The notes beneath the pieces are model-generated. The model had not been told where the DNA came from and did no database searches. It was given only the letters and a program-made list of their open reading frames with translations. Shown piece by piece: positions 28,744 through 37,736 of a stretch of 39,706 nucleotides of DNA (position 1 is its first letter; every line of letters starts with the position of its first letter). Source of the DNA: Bacteroidales bacterium. Its GTDB lineage: Bacteria > Bacteroidota > Bacteroidia > Bacteroidales > JAADGE01. The DNA is taken from contig JAOZLS010000003.1 in NCBI GenBank assembly GCA_029934705.1, positions 1-39,706 of the forward strand, read 5' to 3'. Both the position numbers and the translations under genes were made by a program.

Positions 28744-31700
28744 TTACATTTTAAATATTTCTAAAAATTCTTCATCTACTTCTGTTTCAACAATACCTTG
28801 TTCTGTAAGAATATCAAAATAATCTTTTACTTTTTTCACTAAAACATCACCTTCAACATATTCAAAATTAACCCTATCCAAAAATAGCTCAACTCTATCA
28901 ACTGGTTGTCGCATCATATCATAAGATAAACGAGCCGACTCGTTTCTGTGAGTATTAACCCAATTTATTGACTCTTTTAATTCTTCAAGTAAAACTTCTG
29001 TTACTTCGGGATTATTTCTTACAAACTCGCCTTTTAAAACAATACCTGCATTAGGAAAACTACCAAAACCTTTGTTATATTCATTCCATATTTTATTGTA
29101 TGATAGAATTGAAATAGGTTCGCCTCTATCTTCCATAATTTTTATTGCATAGCTAGCTTCTGGCTCTCTAAGAATTACTGTATCGGCTTGTCCTGTAACA
29201 AAATCTGCATAAATCTTTTCTGGTCTGCCAAATGGTTGTCCATAAACAAAATTAAAATCGGCAGGATTTAATCCACTTGCTTTAATCAAATATTTTGTGA
29301 TTTTTGCTGGTGGTGCTTCTTCAAAAAGTGGTGTATGAATTGTTTTTCCTATTAAATCTTTTAAATTTCTAGCTTGATAACCTCTTGTAAGAATTACAAA
29401 ATTATCCCAAACAAAAAGTGCTGGTATTTTAACATCACTATTTCTTAATTTAGCTGAAGTAATTAATGCTGAAAAACTTATATCAGCTTTTCCATTAGCA
29501 ATCCAAGCTAAATGTTTTTCGGTTTCCTCCCAAACTTTTAGTTCTTTAATGTTAACTGCTTTTCGTATTTTTTCAGACTGTAACAATCTCATCATCACAG
29601 GATATGCAACTGGAGTTGCCGACTGAATTACTACATCAAGTTTATTTGATTTTTCTTCATCTGTTTCGCCTTCTGTAACTTTTTTATGAAAATATATCCA
29701 AATTTCTTGATCATCTCTAACTTCGGTAACATGCTCGTAGCCCATTTCCGATAGCATATTAATCATTGGTGTAGGTTCAAATCGTTGAATTAATGTAAAT
29801 CCAGAGTCTTCTTCTATTTCATAAGATTTTTTTATAATTATATCGAAAGGGTCGGTCGTCATTGCCCTAACATCGAGTATTTCAAAATCTTCCTTACGCT
29901 CTTGCCAGTTTACAAGCTTTAATTTTTCATTATTAAAAATTGAAACTCTAAATTCTCGTGTTTTTTCTATATTGAAAGAAAAGTTTAAACCTGAAACTAA
30001 TTTTAATAGCTCAACAGGGTTTTCAACTGAAATTATTACAATATTTTCTTGAGCTTTTAAGGCTGAAACTTTTTGTATAATTTCTGGCATACTATCGTGG
30101 TTGTAAATATAGCGTTCAGCACTTTCGTCCCACGAAATATCGACTCCTGAAATATCTTCATCTTCCAAATTCATTTGTACACACTCAGGCATATTTTTAA
30201 GAAGCTTATTTTCTACTCCTAAAAATTTATTTAATGTATGAAGTATTTCACAAATTGAAATTCCTGTAATTTTTGCTGCATCTTTGAAAGAAGCATATCT
30301 GGCCAAAGTATTATACAAGGCAGGGTTCTGCAATTTTTTTAATTTTGGCGACAAAGTTGTTAATACATCTTTCAATTCAGGATGTCTATCTAAAACTTGC
30401 TTAATGTTAGACTTTGCTAAAACTGGCTCAATATCATTCTCCACCTCTTGCTCTTGCATAACAATTGCATTTACTGGGCAAACATTAAGTGCATCCTGAC
30501 AAAGCTTTTCTTCTTCAGCATTTTTAGGTTGTTTTTTTACAAATGCAACATTGCTATCGTTCATCTCAAAGTTCTTATCAGCAACTTCAACACAAGCTCT
30601 ACAAGAAATACATTCTTCCGTAACTAAATATTTGTTAGTTTCCATAATTTGTATATTATTATTTTTATTATTTTTTCTATATAATTTATACCAAACTATA
30701 AAGCCCGAAATAAGTATAAATAAAATACCTAAGCCTGAAAGTGGTATAAAAAGTATGTAATATTTTCCGAAAAATATTTTATAAAACCTAGCTGTATGAA
30801 TTTCTAAAGCCAAGTTCCATAACGATAATGGCGATTTTTCAATAATAACTTTGGGCATTTTAGTTAATTGCAAACTATTATTAATATTTGCTGCTCCAAA
30901 ATTATAATCAAATATTATTTCTTCTCCAAAAAAGTCTGTTGTAAAACCCGAAACTTTAAATTCACCTATCGGTGGTCCTGCCTTTTTTGGTGCAATATAT
31001 GGAGTCTTCTTTATATAATCTAATATTTCACCTGTTTCGGTATTCCATGCAAAAAGCCCTTCAAATGAGCCTACTAAATAAACATTAGTTGCCATTTTTT
31101 TAAAAACGGTTACCCCCATCATACTTGCTGGTGGCTGAGTTTTATATTTTTTTAGCTTAGTATTAAAATTATCATCGGAATAATAAAAGCCTTCTAAAGT
31201 TGCTATAATAAAACGGTCTTTTTCTTGATCATAAGTTATACGTCGTAAATTATCAAACCACGGGTTTGGTGAATCTAACTTGGTAAACGGGATTTTATCT
31301 ACTTTTGAATAACCAATAAGTGCAATTAATGGCGGACGAAGAAACATTCCTGTAAAAGTTGTTATTACTAGAAAAATTAAGGTTATCCAACCTATTTTAT
31401 TGTGCCATTTTAAATTCCATTTATTAGCTTTTTTAATTGATGATGCTCTTTTCTTTTTTTTCTTTCTACCTTTTAACCTAAAACCATTAACAAAAAAGAT
31501 AAGACCTGTAATACTTAAAAATATAAATATCAAACCTATTAAATCTACGAGTAATTTACCTATCTCGCCATAAATTTCGCCACTATGAATTAGCCAAAAG
31601 GTTTTAAAAAGTCCTATTTTGTTATCATAATTTTCTGGTTCAGGTAATATTTTTGTTTCAAAATTTATTGCATCAACTGTTGTTAATAAATGCGAACGAG

Positions 31701-32175
31701 TTAATACAAATAAAGTATCTTGTTTATATAATAAATCGACTATGCGTTTTTCGTGAACTGGTAACTCTTTTATTTTCCATAGTTTATTTGCAAAATCGTA
31801 TTTATATAAACCGAAAAAAGTTGCAGCAAAAAGCTCCTTTTTATCTGTTTGCAATAATTTACATACCTTACGATTATCAATTCCGCTAGGAAAACCTGTA
31901 TTAAAATCGGTAAATTTATTGAGTGATGAGTTACTTAACCAAATACCAATATTACCATAAGTTAACACACTGTCCTTATTTATTTTAAGTGTTGATTTAA
32001 CGGCTGCATTATTCCAGTTTTTATATTCAAAATCTTTAGGTAAATACTTTCTATCAACATCCATAAACGAGAATGCTTCGCGATGATTTAAAACAATTCC
32101 CGATAATGAAAATAAAATAATAAATATTGTAAGTATGACTCCTAGCCATTTATGGTATTTCTTAAAAAAACTCAT
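28744..32175 (-). CDS. Chimeric ORF: PepSY-associated TM protein + [4Fe-4S] ferredoxin + DUF1858 + DUF2249-like + NMT1/SsuA-like substrate-binding fold
   Basis: aa 1-500: HKWLG…SGIVLNH, LIHSG, KWHNK, LEIHTAR. From Met at 30645: CISCRAC…CPVNAI; NIKQVLDRHPEL…LQNP; LDVRA…FEPTPMINML; GKADI…GQADTVILREP…FPNAGIV. Confidence 0.75.
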   Translation of the reverse strand: MSFFKKYHKWLGVILTIFIILFSLSGIVLNHREAFSFMDVDRKYLPKDFEYKNWNNAAVKSTLKINKDSVLTYGNIGIWLSNSSLNKFTDFNTGFPSGIDNRKVCKLLQTDKKELFAATFFGLYKYDFANKLWKIKELPVHEKRIVDLLYKQDTLFVLTRSHLLTTVDAINFETKILPEPENYDNKIGLFKTFWLIHSGEIYGEIGKLLVDLIGLIFIFLSITGLIFFVNGFRLKGRKKKKKRASSIKKANKWNLKWHNKIGWITLIFLVITTFTGMFLRPPLIALIGYSKVDKIPFTKLDSPNPWFDNLRRITYDQEKDRFIIATLEGFYYSDDNFNTKLKKYKTQPPASMMGVTVFKKMATNVYLVGSFEGLFAWNTETGEILDYIKKTPYIAPKKAGPPIGEFKVSGFTTDFFGEEIIFDYNFGAANINNSLQLTKMPKVIIEKSPLSLWNLALEIHTARFYKIFFGKYYILFIPLSGLGILFILISGFIVWYKLYRKNNKNNNIQIMETNKYLVTEECISCRACVEVADKNFEMNDSNVAFVKKQPKNAEEEKLCQDALNVCPVNAIVMQEQEVENDIEPVLAKSNIKQVLDRHPELKDVLTTLSPKLKKLQNPALYNTLARYASFKDAAKITGISICEILHTLNKFLGVENKLLKNMPECVQMNLEDEDISGVDISWDESAERYIYNHDSMPEIIQKVSALKAQENIVIISVENPVELLKLVSGLNFSFNIEKTREFRVSIFNNEKLKLVNWQERKEDFEILDVRAMTTDPFDIIIKKSYEIEEDSGFTLIQRFEPTPMINMLSEMGYEHVTEVRDDQEIWIYFHKKVTEGETDEEKSNKLDVVIQSATPVAYPVMMRLLQSEKIRKAVNIKELKVWEETEKHLAWIANGKADISFSALITSAKLRNSDVKIPALFVWDNFVILTRGYQARNLKDLIGKTIHTPLFEEAPPAKITKYLIKASGLNPADFNFVYGQPFGRPEKIYADFVTGQADTVILREPEASYAIKIMEDRGEPISILSYNKIWNEYNKGFGSFPNAGIVLKGEFVRNNPEVTEVLLEELKESINWVNTHRNESARLSYDMMRQPVDRVELFLDRVNFEYVEGDVLVKKVKDYFDILTEQGIVETEVDEEFLEIFKM

Positions 32176-32280
32176 CTTTTATATATCTTTTTCTATAAGC
32201 TGTTTTTTCTATTTTATGAAACAACTCGTAATTTACAATCTAGTAAAACTTTATTAATCTGCATTAAATAATTATTAAAC

Positions 32281-33468
32281 TTACCAGTCTAATAATTTTC
32301 TATCTCCTTCAATTTTCTGTATTTCAGATATTTCTTGCGAAACTTCCAAAACTCCTTTGTATTCGTTATTTTTATTTCGTACTGCAAAATATTGAATAAG
32401 AACATATTTTGGTCCTAAATGTAGCCAAAATGAAGCAACATTTTTTTCTCCCGACTTAAATGATTCAACTATTTTGTCAACAATATGAACACTTTCTGGG
32501 GGATGACAATTTTGCAATTTACGTCCTACAATTGATGCTGTTCTTGGGAAAATACGATGTACTGGGTCCGAAAAAAATCTTACTGTATCATTTTCATCTA
32601 CATAAGTAATGTCAACAGGCAAATGATTAAAAATCATTTCTATTTGTTGAACAGAAACTTCACCTGTCGCAAATTTTATAACATCATCCTTATTTACAAC
32701 AGATTGTATTTTCTTTTTAGTAGCCTCAACTTCAACAAAAGGTAAACCTAATTCGACAGTTTGCTCAAGCATATTTTCCAATACCTCATGCTTAATTGTT
32801 TCAAGCATTATCGGAAATAACACTTTTTCTTCTCTAAAAATAATTGTATTAATATTGAAAAACACAACACTACTTATTTTATTAAAAGCGGTTAAATCGA
32901 AGTTTTTTGCTTCCAATAATTCTAATGTCTTTTTTATGTTTCGCCTAATATCATCGTGAAAGGACCACATAAGTTTTACACATTGATGCTGCTCCCATTT
33001 TTGCTCTAAAATAGGGAATAATATGTTTTCTTTTACTGTGTAATGAAGTGTGAATTTTTCAAACTCTTTAAAAGTAAGAATAAGCTCTTTAACTGCGTTT
33101 ACATTATATTTTACATTAAGCTCTTTTATATATTTTCTAGAATCTTTTAATTTTTGTAAAATTATAGCGTTATCTTGTTCTAATAAGTTTATAAAAGAGC
33201 TTTTTTGAGCTTTTATTGCGGGGTAATTAGATAAAGTTTTATATAAAATATTAAATAATTTATTAGACACAGTTTTCATGTCTTCAATATTTACATTTTG
33301 CTCAAAAAGTACATCAAAAGTGCTTAAAATATCTTGAGGAATATAGTTTTCAGTTATTATTCCATATTTTTTTACGAGTTCGCCTCCTTTTTCGCCCTTT
33401 ATAACTCCCAACATATACATAGTAAGGTCGTTAACTCTTTTTTCTGCGGTATTTGAAAATTTTGACAT
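32281..33468 (-). CDS. DUF438-type hemerythrin + PAS (PAS_10-like) protein
   Basis: HYTVKENILFP, MWSFHDDIR and REEKVLFP hemerythrin motifs; C-terminal NHLPVDITYVDENDTVRFFS…NCHPPES. Confidence 0.85.
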   Translation of the reverse strand: MSKFSNTAEKRVNDLTMYMLGVIKGEKGGELVKKYGIITENYIPQDILSTFDVLFEQNVNIEDMKTVSNKLFNILYKTLSNYPAIKAQKSSFINLLEQDNAIILQKLKDSRKYIKELNVKYNVNAVKELILTFKEFEKFTLHYTVKENILFPILEQKWEQHQCVKLMWSFHDDIRRNIKKTLELLEAKNFDLTAFNKISSVVFFNINTIIFREEKVLFPIMLETIKHEVLENMLEQTVELGLPFVEVEATKKKIQSVVNKDDVIKFATGEVSVQQIEMIFNHLPVDITYVDENDTVRFFSDPVHRIFPRTASIVGRKLQNCHPPESVHIVDKIVESFKSGEKNVASFWLHLGPKYVLIQYFAVRNKNNEYKGVLEVSQEISEIQKIEGDRKLLDW

Positions 33469-33479
33469 ATTATATATTT

Positions 33480-33893
33480 TTAAAATTTTGATATTTCATT
33501 ATAATCTAAATCAGATAAGGATTTATTTCTAAATACCTCATCAAATTTATCTCTTACACTTACCCATGAACTATGCATAATACAAGGGTTTTCGTCTGAA
33601 CATTGATCAAAGCCCAAGACACAACCACTATATTTATCACTCCCATCAACTGACTCTAAAATATCAATTAATAATATTTGATCTGTGCTTTTATCAAAAG
33701 AATAGCCACCATCTCGTCCTTGAATACTCTTTATAAAACCAGATTTTGACAAAGCTGTTAGTAACCTTCTTAAATACTTGTCAGAAATATGTAAGTTGTC
33801 TATAAGATATTTTGCAGAATATAACTTTTCTGGCTCTTTAGCCATAAAACCTAATATTCTTAATGCATACTCCGATGTTTTGGATAACTTCAT
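33480..33893 (-). CDS. Rrf2-family transcriptional regulator with Fe-S ligand set
   Basis: SEYALR, SIQGRDGGY wing, C-x6-C-x5-C-x2-H (CVLGFDQCSDENPCIMH). Confidence 0.92.
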   Translation of the reverse strand: MKLSKTSEYALRILGFMAKEPEKLYSAKYLIDNLHISDKYLRRLLTALSKSGFIKSIQGRDGGYSFDKSTDQILLIDILESVDGSDKYSGCVLGFDQCSDENPCIMHSSWVSVRDKFDEVFRNKSLSDLDYNEISKF

Positions 33894-34156
33894 CTACTTA
33901 TATTTTATTAAAAACCTGCACATTAGATATGTAAAATTTATTTTTTAGTATCTAAAAGAAGTAAAATATATAAGTTATTCTCTTGTGTATTTTTAAATTA
34001 AACCAAGAGCCTTTTATAAATACTACTTATCTGTATTATTATGCAAATAACGGAATTAATTTTATCATAAGCAAATTATTTAGAATGATTTCAAATAAAG
34101 AAATGTTTTTTTTATTCGTTATTTTTTTATTCATTTGTAACTCACAAAACATAAAA

Positions 34157-34231
34157 ATGATAAGAATAACATTAAATAATTGGTGGCAAACAAGAGAATT
34201 TCTACAAATAGGAAAAGTTCCCTTGGTATAA
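34157..34231 (+). CDS. trpL: trp leader peptide (24 aa, tandem Trp codons)
   Basis: MIRITLNNWWQTREFLQIGKVPLV* with TGG TGG and an A-rich start context; followed by a terminator and trpB. Confidence 0.75.
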   Translation: MIRITLNNWWQTREFLQIGKVPLV

Positions 34232-34252
34232 TTGTGTCATCACAAAAAATAT

Positions 34253-34284
34253 AAAGCCGTTGGATTTTCCAACGGCTTTTTTTT
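34253..34284 (+). terminator. Attenuator terminator upstream of trpB
   Basis: AAAGCCGTTGGA-TTT-TCCAACGGCTTT ending in a U8 run, 21 nt after the leader stop. Confidence 0.85.
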
Positions 34285-34420
34285 ATGTCTAATTTTAATG
34301 AAAATGAAAAACGAAATTATTATAACTTGGATTAACAAGACTGAAAATCGTTGGCGTTACTCAAATAGAGTAGAACAAAACAACAATTTTTAAAAATTCA
34401 TTAATAATAAAGTTAATACA

Positions 34421-35593
34421 ATGACAACAAATACAACAACAATACAGGAAAAAAGACAAGGTTATTTCGGACAATTTGGAGGAGCTTATGTGCCACCAGC
34501 TATTGCAGATAAATTACAAAACTTAGCCGAAGAATTTTATCGAATAAAAAAAGACAAGGAGTTCGAAAAAGAGTACATTGAATTATTAAAAACTTATGTT
34601 GGTCGTCCTTCACCGCTATTTTATGCAAAAAGATTATCGGAGAAAGTGGGCAGTAAAATTTATTTAAAGCGAGAAGATTTAAACCATACTGGAGCTCACA
34701 AAATAAACAATACTATTGGTCAAATTCTGTTAGCAAAAAAAATGGGAGCAAAAACTATTTTGGCAGAAACAGGAGCAGGACAGCATGGAGTAGCAACTGC
34801 TACTGCTGCAGCACTTTTTGGTCTGAAATGCAAAGTGTTTATGGGAGCGACAGATATTGAGCGACAAGCACTTAATGTAAACAGAATGGAGCTTTTAGGA
34901 GCAGAAGTTATTAGTGTAACACAAGGACAAGGAACATTAAAAGATGCCGTTGATTTTGCTTTAGGATATTACATTGAACACCCAGATGCTTATTATTTAC
35001 TAGGTTCGGCAGTTGGTCCACACCCCTACCCTGAAATGGTTGGATATTTTCAAAGCATAATTGGAAAAGAAGCAAAAAAACAAATACTTGAGGTTGAAGG
35101 CAAGCTCCCTGACTCACTAATAGCATGTATCGGAGGAGGTTCAAATGCAATTGGTCTTTTTAAAGAATTTTTAGATGATGAAAATGTTAAGATTTATGCT
35201 GCCGAAGGTGCAGGCGAAGGACTTGATTCAGGAAGAACTGCAGCAACTCTAAATTTAGGTAAAAGAATGGTTTTTCAAGGAGCCGATTCATTTTGTTTAG
35301 CTGATGAAGACGGAAATCCAATTGGTTCATATTCAATTGCGGCAGGATTAGATTACCCCGGAATTGGTCCAGAACATGCACACCTAAACGATATTAACAG
35401 GGTAGAATATCATGGAATAACAGATAAAGAAGCAATTGATGCTTTTAAAGAGCTATCTCATTTAGAAGGAATAATACCAGCAATTGAATCGGCACATGCA
35501 ATTGCTTTAGCCATGAAATTACTGAAAAATAAAAATGAAGTAACAATTGTAAACCTCTCGGGAAGAGGCGACAAAGATGTTGTTAGAATGTAG
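34421..35593 (+). CDS. trpB: Tryptophan synthase beta chain (stand-alone, no trpA adjacent)
   Basis: GYFGQFGG, LKREDLNHTGAHKINN (PLP Lys), AETGAGQHG, GGGSN, GLDYPGIGPEH, NLSGRGDKD. Confidence 0.95.
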   Translation: MTTNTTTIQEKRQGYFGQFGGAYVPPAIADKLQNLAEEFYRIKKDKEFEKEYIELLKTYVGRPSPLFYAKRLSEKVGSKIYLKREDLNHTGAHKINNTIGQILLAKKMGAKTILAETGAGQHGVATATAAALFGLKCKVFMGATDIERQALNVNRMELLGAEVISVTQGQGTLKDAVDFALGYYIEHPDAYYLLGSAVGPHPYPEMVGYFQSIIGKEAKKQILEVEGKLPDSLIACIGGGSNAIGLFKEFLDDENVKIYAAEGAGEGLDSGRTAATLNLGKRMVFQGADSFCLADEDGNPIGSYSIAAGLDYPGIGPEHAHLNDINRVEYHGITDKEAIDAFKELSHLEGIIPAIESAHAIALAMKLLKNKNEVTIVNLSGRGDKDVVRM

Positions 35594-35609
35594 AAATAAC
35601 TATTTATCA

Positions 35610-35649
35610 AAAGAAACTCCAACAAAATTTAATTTGTTGGAGTTTCTTT
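35610..35649. terminator. Bidirectional intrinsic terminator
   Basis: AAAGAAACTCCAACAAA-ATTTAA-TTTGTTGGAGTTTCTTT perfect stem between convergent genes. Confidence 0.85.
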
Positions 35650-35667
35650 ATCAACTTTTAAAAAAAT

Positions 35668-36561
35668 CTATTTTGTTAAAGCTTCAAAAGCATCTTCGAC
35701 ATAACCTGGCGTACTAGAAATTTTCATAAACTGCGACATTGTTAATTCTGGCCAAAGCAAAGCAAAACGATATTTCCCGTGTAACATATAAGCTTTATTA
35801 TTAATAACAATTATTTCGTAAGGCATTGCGGCTAAATGCTCCTGCCCTATTATTGGTAAAAAATATCTTTCACCTTTATTACCATCCATTAAACCAATAC
35901 CATAAATAGCGATTTTTGAGCTTGTAAATTTTATTTGATAAACTTTTTTTGTATTACCTTTTTTAGACTTCAAGTTTGCTTCAATAGTTCTACAAGCTGT
36001 ATTATAGTCTGAAAAGCTATTTAATTCAACAGGGTCCGTAAAATAAGGCATTCCCATCATGTAATGATACTTTTTAAGATCACTTTTTGATAATTGACCT
36101 CCAAAACCAGTAAAGTTTTTACCCATTTTTTTCAATATACCTATTGTTTCATTTGAAATTGCTTTCAGCTTAGCATGTTGTTTTGTATTATCTCCCATAT
36201 AAGCATGAAAAATATACTCTGGATTTAAAAGTGTAACTTCAATATTTGTAGAACTCTTTTTATAAATAGAAAACTTTAAAACACTAGCTAATGCTCTTTG
36301 TGTTTTACCAGATACTGCGATACTACTTAAATCGTTACGAGTAAAAGCAACTGTGTACATTATTGATTTTCCTTGAGGATTATAAGATCCCAATACTCTA
36401 AATCCGCTTGCTTTTAATTCTCCTAACAATTTAGTTCTAGCATCAGCTAAAGTTCCTGATGCTGTAACTTTATAGTATGCATGTAACTTCTCTTGAGCAT
36501 TAGATTTTAAGGTAAATACTACTAATAATGCTACTAAAATAATTAAATTCCTTTGTTTCAT
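35668..36561 (-). CDS. Secreted hypothetical protein, possibly two DUF302-like domains
   Basis: Signal peptide ending SNA-Q; two halves with DUF302-like patterns (LKASGFRVLG…LLNP; AAMPYEIIV); YHYMMGMPYF linker. Confidence 0.65.
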   Translation of the reverse strand: MKQRNLIILVALLVVFTLKSNAQEKLHAYYKVTASGTLADARTKLLGELKASGFRVLGSYNPQGKSIMYTVAFTRNDLSSIAVSGKTQRALASVLKFSIYKKSSTNIEVTLLNPEYIFHAYMGDNTKQHAKLKAISNETIGILKKMGKNFTGFGGQLSKSDLKKYHYMMGMPYFTDPVELNSFSDYNTACRTIEANLKSKKGNTKKVYQIKFTSSKIAIYGIGLMDGNKGERYFLPIIGQEHLAAMPYEIIVINNKAYMLHGKYRFALLWPELTMSQFMKISSTPGYVEDAFEALTK

Positions 36562-36647
36562 CTTTTAATAATTTATGTTAAATATTAATTCTTATTTATC
36601 TACACTTGTATATATCACAAAGGTTAGATAAATAGATATGAAAAAGG

Positions 36648-36661
36648 CTGACTTTTGTCAT
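36648..36661. promoter_or_regulatory. FNR-like palindrome CTGAC-TTTT-GTCAT
   Basis: TGA-N6-TCA dyad about 90 nt upstream of the 35668..36561 start. Confidence 0.35.
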
Positions 36662-36748
36662 GCTTATTTATTTACAAGAACTATTTTGATTGTTCAAAGG
36701 GAAACAAAAAAATTAACACCCACATAACAAGATAAATACAGATCAAAT

Positions 36749-36793
36749 AAAAAAAAATCATTCGCTTCTAATTAATATAGAAAAGAATGATTT
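36749..36793 (-). terminator. Probable intrinsic terminator
   Basis: AAATCATTC..TTCTA-loop-TAGAA..GAATGATTT with an A9 run giving a minus-strand U-tail. Confidence 0.6.
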
Positions 36794-36816
36794 ATGTTTT
36801 ATAACAATGTTTTAAA

Positions 36817-37143
36817 TTATTGTATTTGTGTTTGAAATTCGGCTTTTAAAACCTCTGCTATTTCTTCTAAAACTTTTCGCTGTGCACTAGATAAAAATAA
36901 TATAACAATTAGACCTCCAAAAAAAGCTCTTGCTATATCCGAAGGTATTGCTTTTATTAATTGAACTCTATCCTTCTTCTCAAAAATTCTTATCCAAGCT
37001 CCAACAAAAGCAGATTTTTTAACTACAATATATTCAAAACGTAGCAAAGGATTCTTCTTTATTTTCACTTCGTAAGTTAATTTTTCAGACAACACTCGTT
37101 CCATTTCAGGGAAAGTCATTTTTTCATTTAATTGTAAATTCAT
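36817..37143 (-). CDS. Hypothetical protein with one C-proximal hydrophobic helix
   Basis: 108-aa ORF with an ATG start and a downstream terminator. Confidence 0.7.
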   Translation of the reverse strand: MNLQLNEKMTFPEMERVLSEKLTYEVKIKKNPLLRFEYIVVKKSAFVGAWIRIFEKKDRVQLIKAIPSDIARAFFGGLIVILFLSSAQRKVLEEIAEVLKAEFQTQIQ

Positions 37144-37250
37144 AATAATTATTTTTAGTTATTAGTTATTATAAACTACAAAATACGGCATATTTAAGTA
37201 AATAGCAATTTTTACAAATACTTTTTATAATTATAAACTAAATGAATCAA

Positions 37251-37469
37251 CTAAAATCGCCTACCACGGCGAGGTCTCCCCTGTCCTCCTCGAAACTGAT
37301 TACCATTAGCAACACCTCGCCCAAATCCTCTACCTGCAAATCGTTCCTCTTCTATGGTTTCGTTTTGGTTATCATTTGAGTTTTGAGAATTATCATCATT
37401 ACATTTTCCTAATCCTCTTCCTGTTTTTGAACCTTTACCTTGTGGTCCTCTTCTATTAAAATTTGGCAT
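37251..37469 (-). CDS. DUF5320-family Gly/Arg-rich small protein
   Basis: From ATG 37469: MPNFNRRGPQGKGSKTGRGLGKC…GRGFGRG, matching the MP..D.TGP.G.GP.TGRG.G.C pattern. Confidence 0.75.
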   Translation of the reverse strand: MPNFNRRGPQGKGSKTGRGLGKCNDDNSQNSNDNQNETIEEERFAGRGFGRGVANGNQFRGGQGRPRRGRRF

Positions 37470-37557
37470 AACTTTATATTTATTTAGATTGAATAAAAAC
37501 AAAGTTACGAAAAAGAAAGATACAAATCAAGTAAAGTCGATATGTTTTAAAATATGA

Positions 37558-37593
37558 AATATGCCAATTTCTTACTTTAGAAATTGGCATATT
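37558..37593. terminator. Perfect 15-bp inverted repeat, probable terminator of 37737..38951
   Basis: AATATGCCAATTTCT-TACTTT-AGAAATTGGCATATT. Confidence 0.6.
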
Positions 37594-37595
37594 AA

Positions 37596-37686
37596 GAGTA
37601 GGCAAAAATATCACAACTGTAAATACTAGTGACAAATTAAACTGACGCTACATTGTCCTACGGACGAATGCAGGTCAACCTCTACT
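37596..37686 (-). other. Structured intergenic element bounded by inward-facing GTAG (REP-like or ncRNA)
   Basis: Two hairpins closed by AGTAG/CTACT; G-U wobbles favour the minus strand. Confidence 0.4.
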
Positions 37687-37736
37687 ATAAACAGCTTCTA
37701 TTTAGTTAAAAATCAGAAACATAAAATTTACAGGTA

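Noticed and set aside
33920-33932. ACAT-N5-ATGT dyad upstream of the Rrf2 gene as an autoregulatory site
   Set aside because: Only 4-bp arms in AT-rich DNA; insufficient support.
33983-34156. N-terminal extension of the 82-aa ORF 33983..34231
   Set aside because: Non-ATG start running through AT-rich promoter DNA; only the last 24 codons from ATG 34157 make sense, as a leader peptide.
37642-37669. Hammerhead-like CTGA…GTCC-loop-GGAC-GAA, and a lysine-riboswitch-like GTAGAGG on the other strand
   Set aside because: The CUGANGA/GAAA core is not satisfied, and the element is too short and lacks the other lysine-riboswitch motifs.
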